Shown piece after piece: positions 50,879 to 61,811 of a stretch of DNA of 64,000 nt. The notes below the pieces were generated by a model that worked only from the letters and a program-made list of their open reading frames with translations, ran no database searches and had not been told where the DNA came from. The position numbers and the translations under genes were made by a program. The first letter of the stretch is position 1. Each line of letters opens with the position of its first letter. Source of the stretch: Phyllobacterium sp. (GTDB lineage Bacteria; Pseudomonadota; Alphaproteobacteria; Rhizobiales; Rhizobiaceae); the NCBI RefSeq assembly GCF_037994405.1, contig NZ_JBBNAN010000439.1, positions 43 to 64,042 of the forward strand. The letters are read 5' to 3'.

Positions 50879-52222
50879 ATGGCGCGCAAATATTTCGGTA
50901 CTGATGGTATTCGCGGACAGGCAAATGCCTATCCAATGACACCCGATATTGCGATGAAGGTTGGCATGGCTGTCGGCCTCGCTTTCAAACGCGGCGAACA
51001 CCGCAACCGCGTGGTGATTGGCAAGGATACACGGCTTTCCGGTTATATGATTGAGAACGCGCTTGTCGCAGGGTTCACATCAACCGGTATGGATGTGTTT
51101 CTTCTTGGCCCGATACCAACGCCGGCTGTCGCCATGCTTTGCAGGTCGCTGCGCGCCGACATCGGTGTGATGATATCGGCTTCCCACAATCCCTATTTTG
51201 ACAATGGTATCAAACTGTTCGGACCGGATGGGTTCAAACTGTCCGATGAAATCGAACTCGAAATCGAACGCCTGATGGAAGAGGACCTGGTTGATCGCTT
51301 GTCCAGTTTCGATGCGCTTGGCCGAGCAAAGCGTGTTGATGGCGATATTTATCGCTATATCGAGTTTGCCAAGCGCACAATGCCAAAAAACATCTCGCTC
51401 TCTGGGTTGAGGATCGTTGTCGATTGCGCCAATGGTGCAGCATACAAGGTTGCCCCTTCGGCCCTCTGGGAGCTTGGCGCGGAGGTCGTCACGATCAATG
51501 ATAAGCCTAACGGTACCAATATTAACGAGGATTGCGGCTCCACCCATCCGTTGGGTCTGATCAAGAAAGTTCACGAAGTGCGGGCCGATATCGGCATTGC
51601 GCTCGACGGCGATGCCGACCGCGTACTGATCGTCGATGAAAATGGCGCGATCATCGATGGCGATCAGCTGATGGCCGTCATTGCACAGTCCTGGCAGGAA
51701 ACCGACCGTCTGGTTGGGGGCGGCGTCGTGGCGACGGTCATGTCCAATCTTGGTTTTGAGCGATTTCTCGTGGATCGTGGCCTGACACTGGCCCGTACAA
51801 AAGTTGGCGATCGCTATGTGGTCGAACATATGCGTTCGCATGGGTTCAATATTGGTGGCGAGCAGTCGGGTCATATTGTGCTTTCGGATTTTTCGACCAC
51901 CGGCGATGGCCTGGTTTCCGCTCTGCAGATTCTGGCGGTCGTTCAGGAGCAGGGGAAGCCGGTCAGTGCGGTCTGTCGCAAGTTCGACCCGGTACCACAG
52001 CTCCTCAAGAACGTCCGCACCACAGGTGGCAAGCCGCTAGAGAACAAGAAGGTCAAAAGCGCGATTGACGAAGCACGCGATCGGCTGGGCAATTCGGGAC
52101 GGCTGGTCATTCGCCCGTCTGGCACGGAGCCTCTGATCCGTGTCATGGCCGAAGGCGATGACCGCAAACTGGTAGAGTCCGTTGTCAACGACATCATTAC
52201 TGTTATCTCATCTGCCGCATAG
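50879..52222 (+). CDS. glmM: Phosphoglucosamine mutase
   Basis: [35 protein letters not shown]. Confidence 0.97.
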   Translation: MARKYFGTDGIRGQANAYPMTPDIAMKVGMAVGLAFKRGEHRNRVVIGKDTRLSGYMIENALVAGFTSTGMDVFLLGPIPTPAVAMLCRSLRADIGVMISASHNPYFDNGIKLFGPDGFKLSDEIELEIERLMEEDLVDRLSSFDALGRAKRVDGDIYRYIEFAKRTMPKNISLSGLRIVVDCANGAAYKVAPSALWELGAEVVTINDKPNGTNINEDCGSTHPLGLIKKVHEVRADIGIALDGDADRVLIVDENGAIIDGDQLMAVIAQSWQETDRLVGGGVVATVMSNLGFERFLVDRGLTLARTKVGDRYVVEHMRSHGFNIGGEQSGHIVLSDFSTTGDGLVSALQILAVVQEQGKPVSAVCRKFDPVPQLLKNVRTTGGKPLENKKVKSAIDEARDRLGNSGRLVIRPSGTEPLIRVMAEGDDRKLVESVVNDIITVISSAA

Positions 52223-52248
52223 TCAGCAATCAACTTGTTTCAATAAAG

Positions 52249-52276
52249 CAAATGGGCCCGCGATCGGGCCCATTTG
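52249..52276 (+). terminator. Hairpin or terminator after glmM
   Basis: CAAATGGGCCCG-CGAT-CGGGCCCATTTG. Confidence 0.7.
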
Positions 52277-52303
52277 TCATTGTGGCGCCGATTTTTACTG
52301 TTT

Positions 52304-52359
52304 CATATCCATTAACCTTAATGGATATGGTGAATAAACACGGTTAATTGCGATTTAAC
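52304..52359. promoter_or_regulatory. 26-bp palindrome plus a CtrA box upstream of the OMP gene
   Basis: CATATCCATTAA-CC-TTAATGGATATG (52304-52329); TTAATTGCGATTTAAC (52344-52359) is TTAA-N7-TTAAC. Confidence 0.7.
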
Positions 52360-52441
52360 TTTTCCCCCTCATATTGGTCTCTACAACCTTTGGTGGCAGT
52401 CGCTGCGCTTCAATCATTTGGGCCTTGTGAGGGAAATGGAA

Positions 52442-53218
52442 ATGAGCACTTTCAACAACTATGCTGCATTGAGCGCAGCGCTCGCGTGTCTGGGTGCAGC
52501 CCCGGCCCATTCAGCGGATATCCAGGAGGATCCCGTCGTCGAGGTTCAGCCCTTCAGCGGATGGTATCTGCGTGGCGATATTGGCATGAGCAATCAACAG
52601 TTTGACAAACTGGATTATGTCGGGTTTGCCGACCCGGTCATCCATGGCTGGCATGATGAGGGCGACTTTGATGCCGGCATCACCGGACAGATCGGCGTCG
52701 GCTATCAATTCAACGATTGGTTCCGGGCAGATGTTACAGCGCAATATCGCGGCAAGACCGAGTTCAGCGCGCTCGATTTCTATGACACCGACGGCGTCCC
52801 CGGCACCGGCGACGAAGCCACCAACGAATACCATGCCAAAAAATCTGAATGGTTATTCCTGGCCAATGCCTATGCCGACCTCGGAACCTTCAGCGGTATT
52901 ACGCCCTATGTCGGTGCCGGTATCGGCGCCTCCCGCAATACGATCTCGAACTTCACTGACGACAACATCATAACCGGTGGCGGCGGGTTTGCCGGCAGCG
53001 CGTCGGAGTGGGAACTTGCCTGGGCCCTTCACGCCGGTGTTGGCATCAAGGCGACCGACCGCATGACCATCGATCTCGGCTACAGCTATGTCGATCTCGG
53101 CGATGGCAAGACCGATACTGCGTTCAATTACGATGGCGTCGGTACACGCAATGCACCATTCAAGTTCAAGGACATTACGTCGCATGACTTCAAGGTCGGT
53201 GTCCGATACGCGTTCTAA
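52442..53218 (+). CDS. Outer-membrane beta-barrel protein (OMP_b-brl; Omp25/RopB-like fold)
   Basis: Signal peptide AHS|AD, GWYLRGD, GVGYQFN, PYVGAGIG, C-terminal GVRYAF. Confidence 0.88.
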   Translation: MSTFNNYAALSAALACLGAAPAHSADIQEDPVVEVQPFSGWYLRGDIGMSNQQFDKLDYVGFADPVIHGWHDEGDFDAGITGQIGVGYQFNDWFRADVTAQYRGKTEFSALDFYDTDGVPGTGDEATNEYHAKKSEWLFLANAYADLGTFSGITPYVGAGIGASRNTISNFTDDNIITGGGGFAGSASEWELAWALHAGVGIKATDRMTIDLGYSYVDLGDGKTDTAFNYDGVGTRNAPFKFKDITSHDFKVGVRYAF

Positions 53219-53239
53219 TTGATTAGACACATAAATTCC

Positions 53240-53265
53240 AACGGCAGGAGCGTGCTCCTGCCGTT
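53240..53265. terminator. Hairpin after the OMP gene
   Basis: AACGGCAGGAGC-GT-GCTCCTGCCGTT. Confidence 0.6.
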
Positions 53266-53343
53266 CTCGCCAGGCGGTCTGGCCGAATGTCGTCGTAAGA
53301 TTTCCATGTCGCGCCCAAACATATTTCTTGACTGACAGCGACA

Positions 53344-53415
53344 TTTCTCCTAGTTCCCGCAGTGGGCCACCTCTCCCCAACGAGAGGCGTGCTATCTGTA
53401 AGGATAGGAGAAAAC
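53344..53415 (+). ncRNA. serC leader RNA element (cis-regulatory candidate)
   Basis: Inner hairpin CCTCTC/GAGAGG; TTTCTCCTA (53344-53352) is complementary to TAGGAGAAA (53405-53413), which contains the SD. The position fits the known alphaproteobacterial serC motif. Confidence 0.6.
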
Positions 53416-54591
53416 ATGACGACGCTTTTGAAGCCGGCGCAACGCCCGGCTAATCCCAATTTTTCATCAGGTCCCTGTGCAAAGCGTCCCGGATGGTCGC
53501 TCGATGCACTTTCCGATGCACCGCTTGGCCGCTCGCATCGTGCCAAGGTTGGCAAGGCGAAGCTGAAACAGGCGATCGATATTACTCGCGAGATTCTGCA
53601 GGTTCCGGCCGATTATCGTATCGGTATCGTTCCGGCTTCCGATACCGGCGCCGTCGAGATGGCCCTCTGGTCGCTGCTTGGCGAGCGTGGTGTCGACATG
53701 GTTGCCTGGGAAAGCTTTGGTGCCGGCTGGGTGACCGATGTCATCAAGCAACTGAAACTTCCCGACGCCCGCACATTTGAAGCGGGCTATGGCGAACTGC
53801 CGGATCTCTCCAAAGTCGATTTCGATCGTGATGTGGTTTTTACCTGGAACGGCACCACTTCGGGCGTGCGTGTGCCGAATGGCGATTTCATCCCGGCGAC
53901 GCGCAAGGGTCTGACGATTTGCGACGCGACATCCGCTGCCTTCGCCCAGAGACTGGACTTCGACAAGCTCGATGTCGTGACATTTTCCTGGCAGAAAGTG
54001 CTTGGCGGCGAAGGCGCCCACGGCATGCTCATTCTCAGCCCAAGGGCAGTTGAACGGCTGTTGACCTACAAGCCAGCCTGGCCCCTTCCGAAGATTTTCC
54101 GCCTGACTTCAGGCGGCAAGCTGATTGAAGGGATTTTTGCCGGCGAGACCATCAACACACCATCGATGCTCTGCGTCGAGGATTATCTCGATGCCCTGAA
54201 CTGGGCAAAATCGATCGGTGGTCTGGATGGGCTGGTCGGACGCGCGGACAAGAATTTTGCCGTTCTTGATGCCTTCGTCGAGCGCACTCCCTGGATTGCC
54301 AACCTCGCTGCGGTTCCGGCAACTCGGTCCAACACCTCTGTGTGCCTTACCATCGTTGATCCGGAAATCGCTGCTCTCGACACCAACGCACAGGCAGATT
54401 TCGCTAAAAACATCGTGGCTGCTCTCGAAAAGGAAGGCGTTGCCTTTGACATCGGCGCCTACCGCGATGCACCTTCGGGGCTACGCATCTGGGCAGGTGC
54501 GACAGTCGAAGCGTCCGATCTTGAAGCGTTGACGTTGTGGCTCGATTGGTCTTTCCAGACGCAAAAGGCCGCCTTGAAACAGGCCGCCTGA
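53416..54591 (+). CDS. serC: Phosphoserine aminotransferase
   Basis: [27 protein letters not shown] (PLP Lys), NTPS. Confidence 0.95.
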   Translation: MTTLLKPAQRPANPNFSSGPCAKRPGWSLDALSDAPLGRSHRAKVGKAKLKQAIDITREILQVPADYRIGIVPASDTGAVEMALWSLLGERGVDMVAWESFGAGWVTDVIKQLKLPDARTFEAGYGELPDLSKVDFDRDVVFTWNGTTSGVRVPNGDFIPATRKGLTICDATSAAFAQRLDFDKLDVVTFSWQKVLGGEGAHGMLILSPRAVERLLTYKPAWPLPKIFRLTSGGKLIEGIFAGETINTPSMLCVEDYLDALNWAKSIGGLDGLVGRADKNFAVLDAFVERTPWIANLAAVPATRSNTSVCLTIVDPEIAALDTNAQADFAKNIVAALEKEGVAFDIGAYRDAPSGLRIWAGATVEASDLEALTLWLDWSFQTQKAALKQAA

Positions 54592-54667
54592 CTTTGGGCG
54601 AACGTGGCCGCAACAGCGCGGCCACCCCTCATTCATATTCATTTCAGAATCAACGATGGAGGCCACG

Positions 54668-56263
54668 ATGGCACCGCGCGTACTCGTATCTGACAAACTT
54701 TCTCCGACGGCCGTGCAGATCTTCAAGGATCACGGAGTGGAAGTCGACTATTTGCCAGAGCTTGGCAAAGACAAGGACAAGTTGCTTGAAGTGATCGGGC
54801 AGTATGACGGTCTCGCCATTCGTTCTGCCACAAAGGTCACCGAGAAGCTGATTGGTGCCGCCAAAAACCTCAAGGTCATTGGACGTGCCGGCATTGGCGT
54901 GGACAATGTCGACATACCTGCAGCGTCCCGCTGCGGTATCATCGTGATGAATACGCCTTTCGGTAACTCGATCACCACAGCCGAGCACGCGGTTGCGCTG
55001 ATGTTCGCTGTCGCTCGCGAATTGCCTGAGGCCGATGCCTCGACGCGCGCTGGCAAGTGGGAGAAGAACCGCTTCATGGGCGTTGAAATCACCGGCAAGA
55101 CGCTCGGCATCATCGGTTGCGGCAATATTGGCTCGATCGTCGCGACGCGTGGTGTCGGACTGAAAATGCACGTGATCGCGTTCGACCCATTCCTATCGGA
55201 GGGCCGCGCGGAAGAACTCGGCGTCGAGAAAGTGGAACTCGAGGAGCTTCTGACACGGGCGGATTTCATCAGCCTGCATACGCCAATGACTGACAAGACG
55301 CGAGGCATCATCAATGCGGATGCCATTGCCAAGATGAAGGACGGCGTCCGTATTATCAATTGTGCACGTGGCGGCCTGATTGTTGAAAAGGATCTGGTGG
55401 CAGCGCTGAAATCCGGCAAGGTCGCGGGAGCTGGTATCGACGTCTTTGAAGTCGAGCCTGCTACCGACAACGAGCTGTTTCACCTTCCCAACGTCGTCTG
55501 CACTCCGCATCTGGGTGCATCGACCAGCGAGGCGCAGGAAAATGTCGCCCTGCAAGTCGCCGAACAGATGTCGGACTATTTGATCAGGGGCGCAGTTTCA
55601 AACGCAATCAACATGCCGTCCATCACGGCAGAGGAAGCACCGCGCCTGAAGCCATTTGTCAAACTTGCCGAAGTGCTCGGTGCTTTCGTCGGTCAGGTTA
55701 CGGAAGAGCCGATCCAGGAAGTGGAGGTACTGTTCGACGGCTCTACCGCGGCAATGAACACACGTGCCCTCGTCAGCGCCACTCTGGCTGGTCTGATCCG
55801 TCCGCAGGTTGCCGACGTCAACATGGTCTCCGCACCCATTATGGTGAAGGAGCGCGGCATCATTCTCTCCGAGGTCAGACGCGACAAGTCCGGCGTGTTT
55901 GATGGTTACATCAAGCTCACGGTGAAGACGGATTCACTGACACGCTCGATTGCTGGTACTTGCTTCTCCGATGGCAAGCCGCGTTTCATCCAGATCAAGG
56001 GCATCAATCTCGACGCTGAGGTCGGGCAGCATATGCTCTACACGACCAATAATGATACGCCGGGCATGATCGGCCTGCTTGGAACCATTTGCGGCAAGAA
56101 CAACGTCAACATCGCGAATTTCTCCCTCGGACGCGACGCACCGGGCGGCAATGCGATTGCCATGCTTTATCTTGACGAGCGCATTCCCGACCATGTTCTC
56201 GAGGAATTGCGGGTCAATCGGGCGATTGTTTCGGCAAAACCGCTAGAATTTGACGTCGCTTGA
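54668..56263 (+). CDS. serA: D-3-phosphoglycerate dehydrogenase
   Basis: GRAGIGVDN, GCGNIG, INCARGG, PHLGAST, C-terminal ASB/ACT domains. Confidence 0.97.
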   Translation: MAPRVLVSDKLSPTAVQIFKDHGVEVDYLPELGKDKDKLLEVIGQYDGLAIRSATKVTEKLIGAAKNLKVIGRAGIGVDNVDIPAASRCGIIVMNTPFGNSITTAEHAVALMFAVARELPEADASTRAGKWEKNRFMGVEITGKTLGIIGCGNIGSIVATRGVGLKMHVIAFDPFLSEGRAEELGVEKVELEELLTRADFISLHTPMTDKTRGIINADAIAKMKDGVRIINCARGGLIVEKDLVAALKSGKVAGAGIDVFEVEPATDNELFHLPNVVCTPHLGASTSEAQENVALQVAEQMSDYLIRGAVSNAINMPSITAEEAPRLKPFVKLAEVLGAFVGQVTEEPIQEVEVLFDGSTAAMNTRALVSATLAGLIRPQVADVNMVSAPIMVKERGIILSEVRRDKSGVFDGYIKLTVKTDSLTRSIAGTCFSDGKPRFIQIKGINLDAEVGQHMLYTTNNDTPGMIGLLGTICGKNNVNIANFSLGRDAPGGNAIAMLYLDERIPDHVLEELRVNRAIVSAKPLEFDVA

Positions 56264-56294
56264 TCTCATAGGGGTCTAATTGTAGGGATTTCAT

Positions 56295-56810
56295 ATGATG
56301 ACATCCCTACATAGTCCAACGCATTGGCGCCTGATGGGCGAAGACGATCTCGCTTCGGTCAGCGCCATTGCGAAGGACGTTCATCCGGATTTTCCCGAGG
56401 ACGACGCTGTTTTTCTCAATCGTCTCGCACTGCATGCGAAGGGGGCATATGTCCTTGAAGTGGAAAATAGCGTTGTTGGCTATGCCATCACGCATCCATG
56501 GAAGAATTTTGACATTCCAGCTCTGAACACCGTGCTTGCGGCTTTGCCGCAGCAATCTGGCACCTATTACATCCATGATATTGCTCTGCTTGATACGGCG
56601 CGCGGTACTGGTGCTGCAGGCAGGATTGTTTCGATTTTGGCTCGCCATGCAATGGAATTGGGTTTTAAGACGCTGTCGCTTGTTGCGGTGAACGGGTCGT
56701 CCGGCTTTTGGCAGAAGCAGGGATTCGAGATCATAGAACAGCCGAACCTTGAGCCCAAACTGAAAACCTATTCGGATGATGCCTGTTTCATGCTGCGTCA
56801 GCTTGGCTAA
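56295..56810 (+). CDS. GNAT family N-acetyltransferase
   Basis: YIHDIALL..ARGTGAA, LVAVNGS..FW.KQGF. Confidence 0.85.
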   Translation: MMTSLHSPTHWRLMGEDDLASVSAIAKDVHPDFPEDDAVFLNRLALHAKGAYVLEVENSVVGYAITHPWKNFDIPALNTVLAALPQQSGTYYIHDIALLDTARGTGAAGRIVSILARHAMELGFKTLSLVAVNGSSGFWQKQGFEIIEQPNLEPKLKTYSDDACFMLRQLG

Positions 56811-57699
56811 TGGCGACTTGTTTACGGCCGCTGAGTTCGGCAATCCAGATGCCGCCGAGAACGAGAATCAAGGCCACAGCATGATAGAGGCGGAACTCTT
56901 CGCCGAGTAATGCAACCGCAAGCAATGTACCGAAGATAGGTACGGCGTTGATGAACAAGCCGGCGCGATTGGCGCCGATATACTCAACGCCCTTGATAAA
57001 CAGCACCTGTGCAGCGAGTGACGGCAAGATTGCCGTGTAAAGCACGACCATCGTTCCGGTCAAATCGGGTGGGTTCATCGCCCCGCTTTGCCATTCCCAG
57101 ATCGTAAGGGGGATCGCTGTCAGGAACGCAAAGAAAGTCATGACGGTCATCAGGCTTTGCCAATGGATGGCCGGACGAAAGCGAAGTGCAACCGTATACC
57201 CGCTGTAGAGAAGCACGGCGAGAAGCATCAATGCATCGCCGAAATTCACTTTCAAAGTGGCGAGTTGTGCGAAGCTGCCGTGGCCTGCGGTCAAAGCCAC
57301 TCCAACGATGGAAAGGCTGAAGCCCAAAATCTGCCCGGTCTTAACAGACATGCCGAAGAGCAGCAAATTGGCGACGAAAATGACCATCGGAATGCCTGCC
57401 TGCTCGATCGTGACATTGATTGCGGATGTGTAGTTGAGAGCGCTGTAAAGTGCCATGTTGAAGAACGTAAAGCCAAAGGCTCCCAGCGCTGCCAGCAACC
57501 TGAGATGTTTGCGCAGCACGTTCCAGTCACGCCGAACCTGGCTCGTGCCGATTGCGGCAATCAGCAGGAACGCTACGAGCCAGCGCAGCAGCGTCAGCAA
57601 CATGGGAGAGATGTGCCCAACAGCAAATTTGCCTGCGACGGCGTTGCCGCCCCAGAAAAGCGCAGTTGTCAGAAGAAAGATATAGGCGGTGCGGTTCAT
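56788..57699 (-). CDS. DMT/EamA family transporter
   Basis: Ten TMs, WGGN.VAGK, P.FG.LLA..LLGE. Confidence 0.9.
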   Translation of the reverse strand: MNRTAYIFLLTTALFWGGNAVAGKFAVGHISPMLLTLLRWLVAFLLIAAIGTSQVRRDWNVLRKHLRLLAALGAFGFTFFNMALYSALNYTSAINVTIEQAGIPMVIFVANLLLFGMSVKTGQILGFSLSIVGVALTAGHGSFAQLATLKVNFGDALMLLAVLLYSGYTVALRFRPAIHWQSLMTVMTFFAFLTAIPLTIWEWQSGAMNPPDLTGTMVVLYTAILPSLAAQVLFIKGVEYIGANRAGLFINAVPIFGTLLAVALLGEEFRLYHAVALILVLGGIWIAELSGRKQVAISQADAA

Positions 57700-57891
57700 G
57701 ATTGGCAATCTTTCCGGCTGGCAAGCAAATGACCCTCACGATTGGGCGCGACAATAGGTTTATTCAGCAAATAAAGGCAAATTGGTTCGGTGATGGTCGA
57801 AAGAATTGTCGCGCTTTTATGAACCAGCCTGTATAGAAGCACCGCATTTGAGGAAAAATGCGCGACGAGGTTATGACTCGAGGAGTTTTGA

Positions 57892-59187
57892 ATGGCAAAT
57901 GTTGTTGTGATCGGTTCCCAGTGGGGTGATGAGGGCAAGGGAAAGATTGTCGATTGGCTTTCCGAACGGGCAGACATCATCGTTCGCTTTCAGGGCGGTC
58001 ACAATGCGGGCCATACGCTTGTCGTTGATGGCGCAACCTACAAACTTTCGCTTCTGCCTTCGGGTGTGGTGCGTCAGGGCAAGCTCTCGATCATCGGCAA
58101 CGGCGTCGTATTCGATCCGCATGCTTTCATCGCCGAAAAGAAGAAGCTCGAAGCGCAGGGCGTTGTCATTACACCCGATACGCTGAAAATTGCTGAAAAT
58201 ACCACGCTGATCCTGTCGATCCATGGTGAGCTTGACAGGTTGCGCGAGGAAAAGGCTGCTGCCGGGACCAAGATCGGCACAACGGGTCGTGGTATCGGTC
58301 CAGCCTATGAGGACAAGGTCGGCCGCCGCGCCATCCATGTCCTTGATCTTGCCGATCCGAACACGCTCCCGGCCAAAATTGAACGATTGCTTGCCCACCA
58401 CAATCCCCTTCGCCGCGGTCTTGGTTTCAAGGAAGTGGATGGAGCAGCGCTTCTCGCAGAACTTAACGAAGCAGCTCCACACATCCTCCCGTTCATGGAT
58501 CGGGTATGGTATGTGCTTGACCAGAAGAAGCGTGCCGGTGAACGTATTCTTTTTGAAGGTGCGCAAGGAACGCTGCTCGACATCGACCATGGTACTTACC
58601 CGTTCGTAACATCGTCGAACACGGTTGCTGGACAAGCCTCGGCTGGCTCGGGTATCGGCCCCGGATCTCTGCACTATGTTCTTGGCATCACCAAAGCCTA
58701 TACGACCCGCGTCGGCGAAGGGCCTTTCCCGACAGAACAGCAGAACGAAGTTGGCCAGTTTCTTGGCGAGCGTGGTCATGAATTTGGAACGGTCACAGGA
58801 CGCAAACGCCGCTGCGGCTGGTTTGATGCCGTGCTCGTGCGCCAGGCCGTTGCAAACAATGGTATCAGTGGTATCGCGCTAACCAAACTTGACGTGCTTG
58901 ACGGTCTTGAGCAGATCAAGGTTTGCACGAGCTACGAATTGGACGGGGAGGTGATCGATTACCTTCCTGCAGGTCAGGGACAGCAGGCGCGGGTCAAACC
59001 TGTCTATGAGACGCTCGAAGGCTGGGAAGGAACGACAGCAGGCGCGCGAAGCTGGAGCGAACTGCCGGCACAGGCGGTCAAATATGTCCGTTACATCGAG
59101 GAGCTCATCGGCGCGCCGATCGCGTTACTGTCTACCAGCCCGGAACGCGATGATACGATACTTGTTACTGATCCGTTTCATGATTAG
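57892..59187 (+). CDS. purA: Adenylosuccinate synthase
   Basis: [32 protein letters not shown]. Confidence 0.98.
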   Translation: MANVVVIGSQWGDEGKGKIVDWLSERADIIVRFQGGHNAGHTLVVDGATYKLSLLPSGVVRQGKLSIIGNGVVFDPHAFIAEKKKLEAQGVVITPDTLKIAENTTLILSIHGELDRLREEKAAAGTKIGTTGRGIGPAYEDKVGRRAIHVLDLADPNTLPAKIERLLAHHNPLRRGLGFKEVDGAALLAELNEAAPHILPFMDRVWYVLDQKKRAGERILFEGAQGTLLDIDHGTYPFVTSSNTVAGQASAGSGIGPGSLHYVLGITKAYTTRVGEGPFPTEQQNEVGQFLGERGHEFGTVTGRKRRCGWFDAVLVRQAVANNGISGIALTKLDVLDGLEQIKVCTSYELDGEVIDYLPAGQGQQARVKPVYETLEGWEGTTAGARSWSELPAQAVKYVRYIEELIGAPIALLSTSPERDDTILVTDPFHD

Positions 59188-59241
59188 AGTCGCGAACACG
59201 TCTCGAGGTTAATCTCACAACAAAACCATAGGTTTGGGTGA

Positions 59242-60843
59242 ATGGCAGATTTCGTTGCAGTATTGAGGAAGACGATTGACGGGCTCGCGGATCCGACGCC
59301 CGAGCTTCGTCAACGTGTGTATGCAAAGGCTCGCGCAACGATTGAGCAGAAGCTTGCGACGCTAAACGCGCCAGAGGCCGTGTCGACGCGGCAGAAAAAA
59401 GCGCTGGAAGATGCGATCAATCAGATCGAGTCTGAATTCAAGCCCACCGTTGAAGACGTGGTCCCTGTTCCGGAGCCGGTTCCTGTTGCTCCCCCAGCTC
59501 CGGCGCCCGCTCCAATTGTGAAATCGGCGTCACCCGCGGCGCCCACAAAGACGACCCCCGTTGCTGCACCACCCTTTACCAGAATAGGGTCGCAACCTGA
59601 TGCGCTAGAGGATTTTCTGACCAGTCATAGCTCAAACGGCACGAAGCGGGTTGAGACCATCCATGACAGCATTCGTGCCGATGATACGGCCTCGAAGATG
59701 CCGGCAAATTTTCCGGATGACCGGAAGAAGGGTCGTGGCCCGGAGGAAGAAACCAATGACGACGATCTAGGCATAACGTCAGAGGATCGCAGGACGGGCG
59801 ATTATGGCGTCTATACGCGTGGTCCGTTGAAACAGACAAAGCCAAAGCGGTCGCTGGTACCGCTGCTCAGTGCACTTGCTCTGCTCCTCGTCATCGCGGG
59901 CGCAGGGTATGCTGGGTGGACCTATAGGGACAAGATTTCTGCGCAGGCGGGTGCGGTCAAGACATGGCTCGCCAACCTGACGAGCAGCAAGCCGGAACCG
60001 GCCAAACCCACGGAAACTGCGAAAAACGAGCCGGCCAAGACACCGGCGCAACCAACTGTACAAGCGCCGGCGGCTACACCGTCAACAGCTGAGCCGAAGC
60101 CGGAGCCTAAGCTGACGCAACGGCTCTTGCCCGATGGCCAGGAAATCAATCCAGGGCCAGCCAATGATACGCCATCGCTCGGTGAGGGTACATCCGTGGC
60201 GTCCTCAACGCCCGATCAGCCCGCCAAACCCCCAGCAGCAACTGCGCAACAGCAGGCCGCGGGCCAGGCGCAGCAACCTGCTGCATTGCCGATTGGCCAA
60301 AAGGCCTTCTTCTATGAAGAACGTTCCGGGCAGGACGCCGGCACGGCGGATGCGGGCGGAGTTGTTTGGTCTGTGGTGCAGGAATCGCCGGGCAATGATC
60401 TGCCGCCGGAACCAGCTATCCGTGCGGAAGTTACTATCCCGGACCGGGGTATCAATCTGCGCATGATTATCCGTCGCAATGGCGACAAGACATTGCCCGC
60501 GAGTCATCTGGTTGAAATGATCTTTACCGTCCCGCAGGGATTTGCAGGCGGGTCAATCGACAATGTATCGCGCATGACGTTCAAGGATACGGAACAGGCG
60601 CCAGGTAGTCCGCTTGTCGCCATTCCTGCGAAAATTGCGGACAATTTCTTCATTGTCGCGATGAATGACGCGAAGACCGCAATTGATACCAATATGTCAC
60701 TGATGCGACGCCAGTCCTGGATTGACATACCGATCGCTTATAAGACTGGGCGGCGGGCTCTGATCACACTTGAAAAGGGCTTGCCCGGCGAGAAGGCATT
60801 TGACGACGTGCTCAAGTCCTGGACCGCCAAGGCGGGCGGATAG
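59242..60843 (+). CDS. Conserved Rhizobiales single-pass membrane protein; RgsA-like by recalled synteny
   Basis: N-terminal helical domain MADFVAVLRKTID, Pro-rich linker, one TM, periplasmic domain; located between purA and rpoH. Confidence 0.7.
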   Translation: MADFVAVLRKTIDGLADPTPELRQRVYAKARATIEQKLATLNAPEAVSTRQKKALEDAINQIESEFKPTVEDVVPVPEPVPVAPPAPAPAPIVKSASPAAPTKTTPVAAPPFTRIGSQPDALEDFLTSHSSNGTKRVETIHDSIRADDTASKMPANFPDDRKKGRGPEEETNDDDLGITSEDRRTGDYGVYTRGPLKQTKPKRSLVPLLSALALLLVIAGAGYAGWTYRDKISAQAGAVKTWLANLTSSKPEPAKPTETAKNEPAKTPAQPTVQAPAATPSTAEPKPEPKLTQRLLPDGQEINPGPANDTPSLGEGTSVASSTPDQPAKPPAATAQQQAAGQAQQPAALPIGQKAFFYEERSGQDAGTADAGGVVWSVVQESPGNDLPPEPAIRAEVTIPDRGINLRMIIRRNGDKTLPASHLVEMIFTVPQGFAGGSIDNVSRMTFKDTEQAPGSPLVAIPAKIADNFFIVAMNDAKTAIDTNMSLMRRQSWIDIPIAYKTGRRALITLEKGLPGEKAFDDVLKSWTAKAGG

Positions 60844-60850
60844 CAGGCAT

Positions 60851-60883
60851 AAAAAAGGCCGCATCGCGCGGCCTTTTCGTTTT
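60851..60883. terminator. Bidirectional terminator between convergent genes
   Basis: AAAAAAGGCCGC-N5-GCGGCCTTTT. Confidence 0.8.
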
Positions 60884-60899
60884 CCGGTCATGGAATGTA

Positions 60900-61811
60900 T
60901 CAGCGAACATCAGAACCCGTCGAGACCAGTGACTTCTGCTGCTTGACGGCGGCAGCCTTTACCGCGTCCTGCACCTTTTCGAATGCCCTGACCTCGATCT
61001 GGCGAACACGTTCACGGCTGATTCCGAACTCAGCCGAAAGATCTTCCAGCGTCACCGGGTCGTCGGCAAGGCGGCGAGCCTGGAAAATGCGGCGTTCGCG
61101 GTCGTTCAATGACGACATGGCACCGGAAAGCATTTCACGGCGGTTTTCCAGTTCGTCCTGCTCGATGAGCATTTCCTCAGCACTGTCGTGATCATCGACC
61201 AGCCAGTCCTGCCAATCGCCGCCTGCTTCACCATCCGAGGAACGGATTGGGGCGTTCAGCGATGCATCGCCCGACAGGCGGCGGTTCATCGAAATCACTT
61301 CGTCTTCGGACACACTGAGACGCGTTGCGATTTCCTTGACCTGCTCGGGGTTGAGATCGCCATCATCAAGCGCCTGAATCTTGCTCTTCACCTTACGCAG
61401 GTTGAAGAACAGGCGTTTCTGATTGGCAGTCGTTCCCATCTTCACAAGGCTCCACGAGCGCAGGACATATTCCTGGATCGATGCCTTGATCCACCACATG
61501 GCGTAGGTGGCAAGACGGAAGCCACGTTCCGGCTCAAACCGTTTGACGGCCTGCATAAGGCCGACATTGCCTTCAGAAATGACTTCGCCAATCGGCAAGC
61601 CATAACCGCGATAACCCATCGCGATCTTGGCGACGAGCCGCAAATGGCTGGTTACAAGCTTATGTGCCGCCTTAGGATCCGCGTGCTCAAGATACCGCTT
61701 GGCAAGCATGTACTCTTCCTGCGGTTCGAGCATGGGAAAGCGTCGGATTTCTTCGAGATAGCGGGTCAGTCCACCGTCACCGCCTAGAATACTTGGAAGA
61801 TTTTGGGCCAC
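60900..61811 (-). CDS. rpoH: RNA polymerase sigma-32 factor
   Basis: RpoH box QKRLFFNLR, GLMQAVKRFEP, SRERVRQIE. Confidence 0.97.
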   Translation of the reverse strand: MAQNLPSILGGDGGLTRYLEEIRRFPMLEPQEEYMLAKRYLEHADPKAAHKLVTSHLRLVAKIAMGYRGYGLPIGEVISEGNVGLMQAVKRFEPERGFRLATYAMWWIKASIQEYVLRSWSLVKMGTTANQKRLFFNLRKVKSKIQALDDGDLNPEQVKEIATRLSVSEDEVISMNRRLSGDASLNAPIRSSDGEAGGDWQDWLVDDHDSAEEMLIEQDELENRREMLSGAMSSLNDRERRIFQARRLADDPVTLEDLSAEFGISRERVRQIEVRAFEKVQDAVKAAAVKQQKSLVSTGSDVR

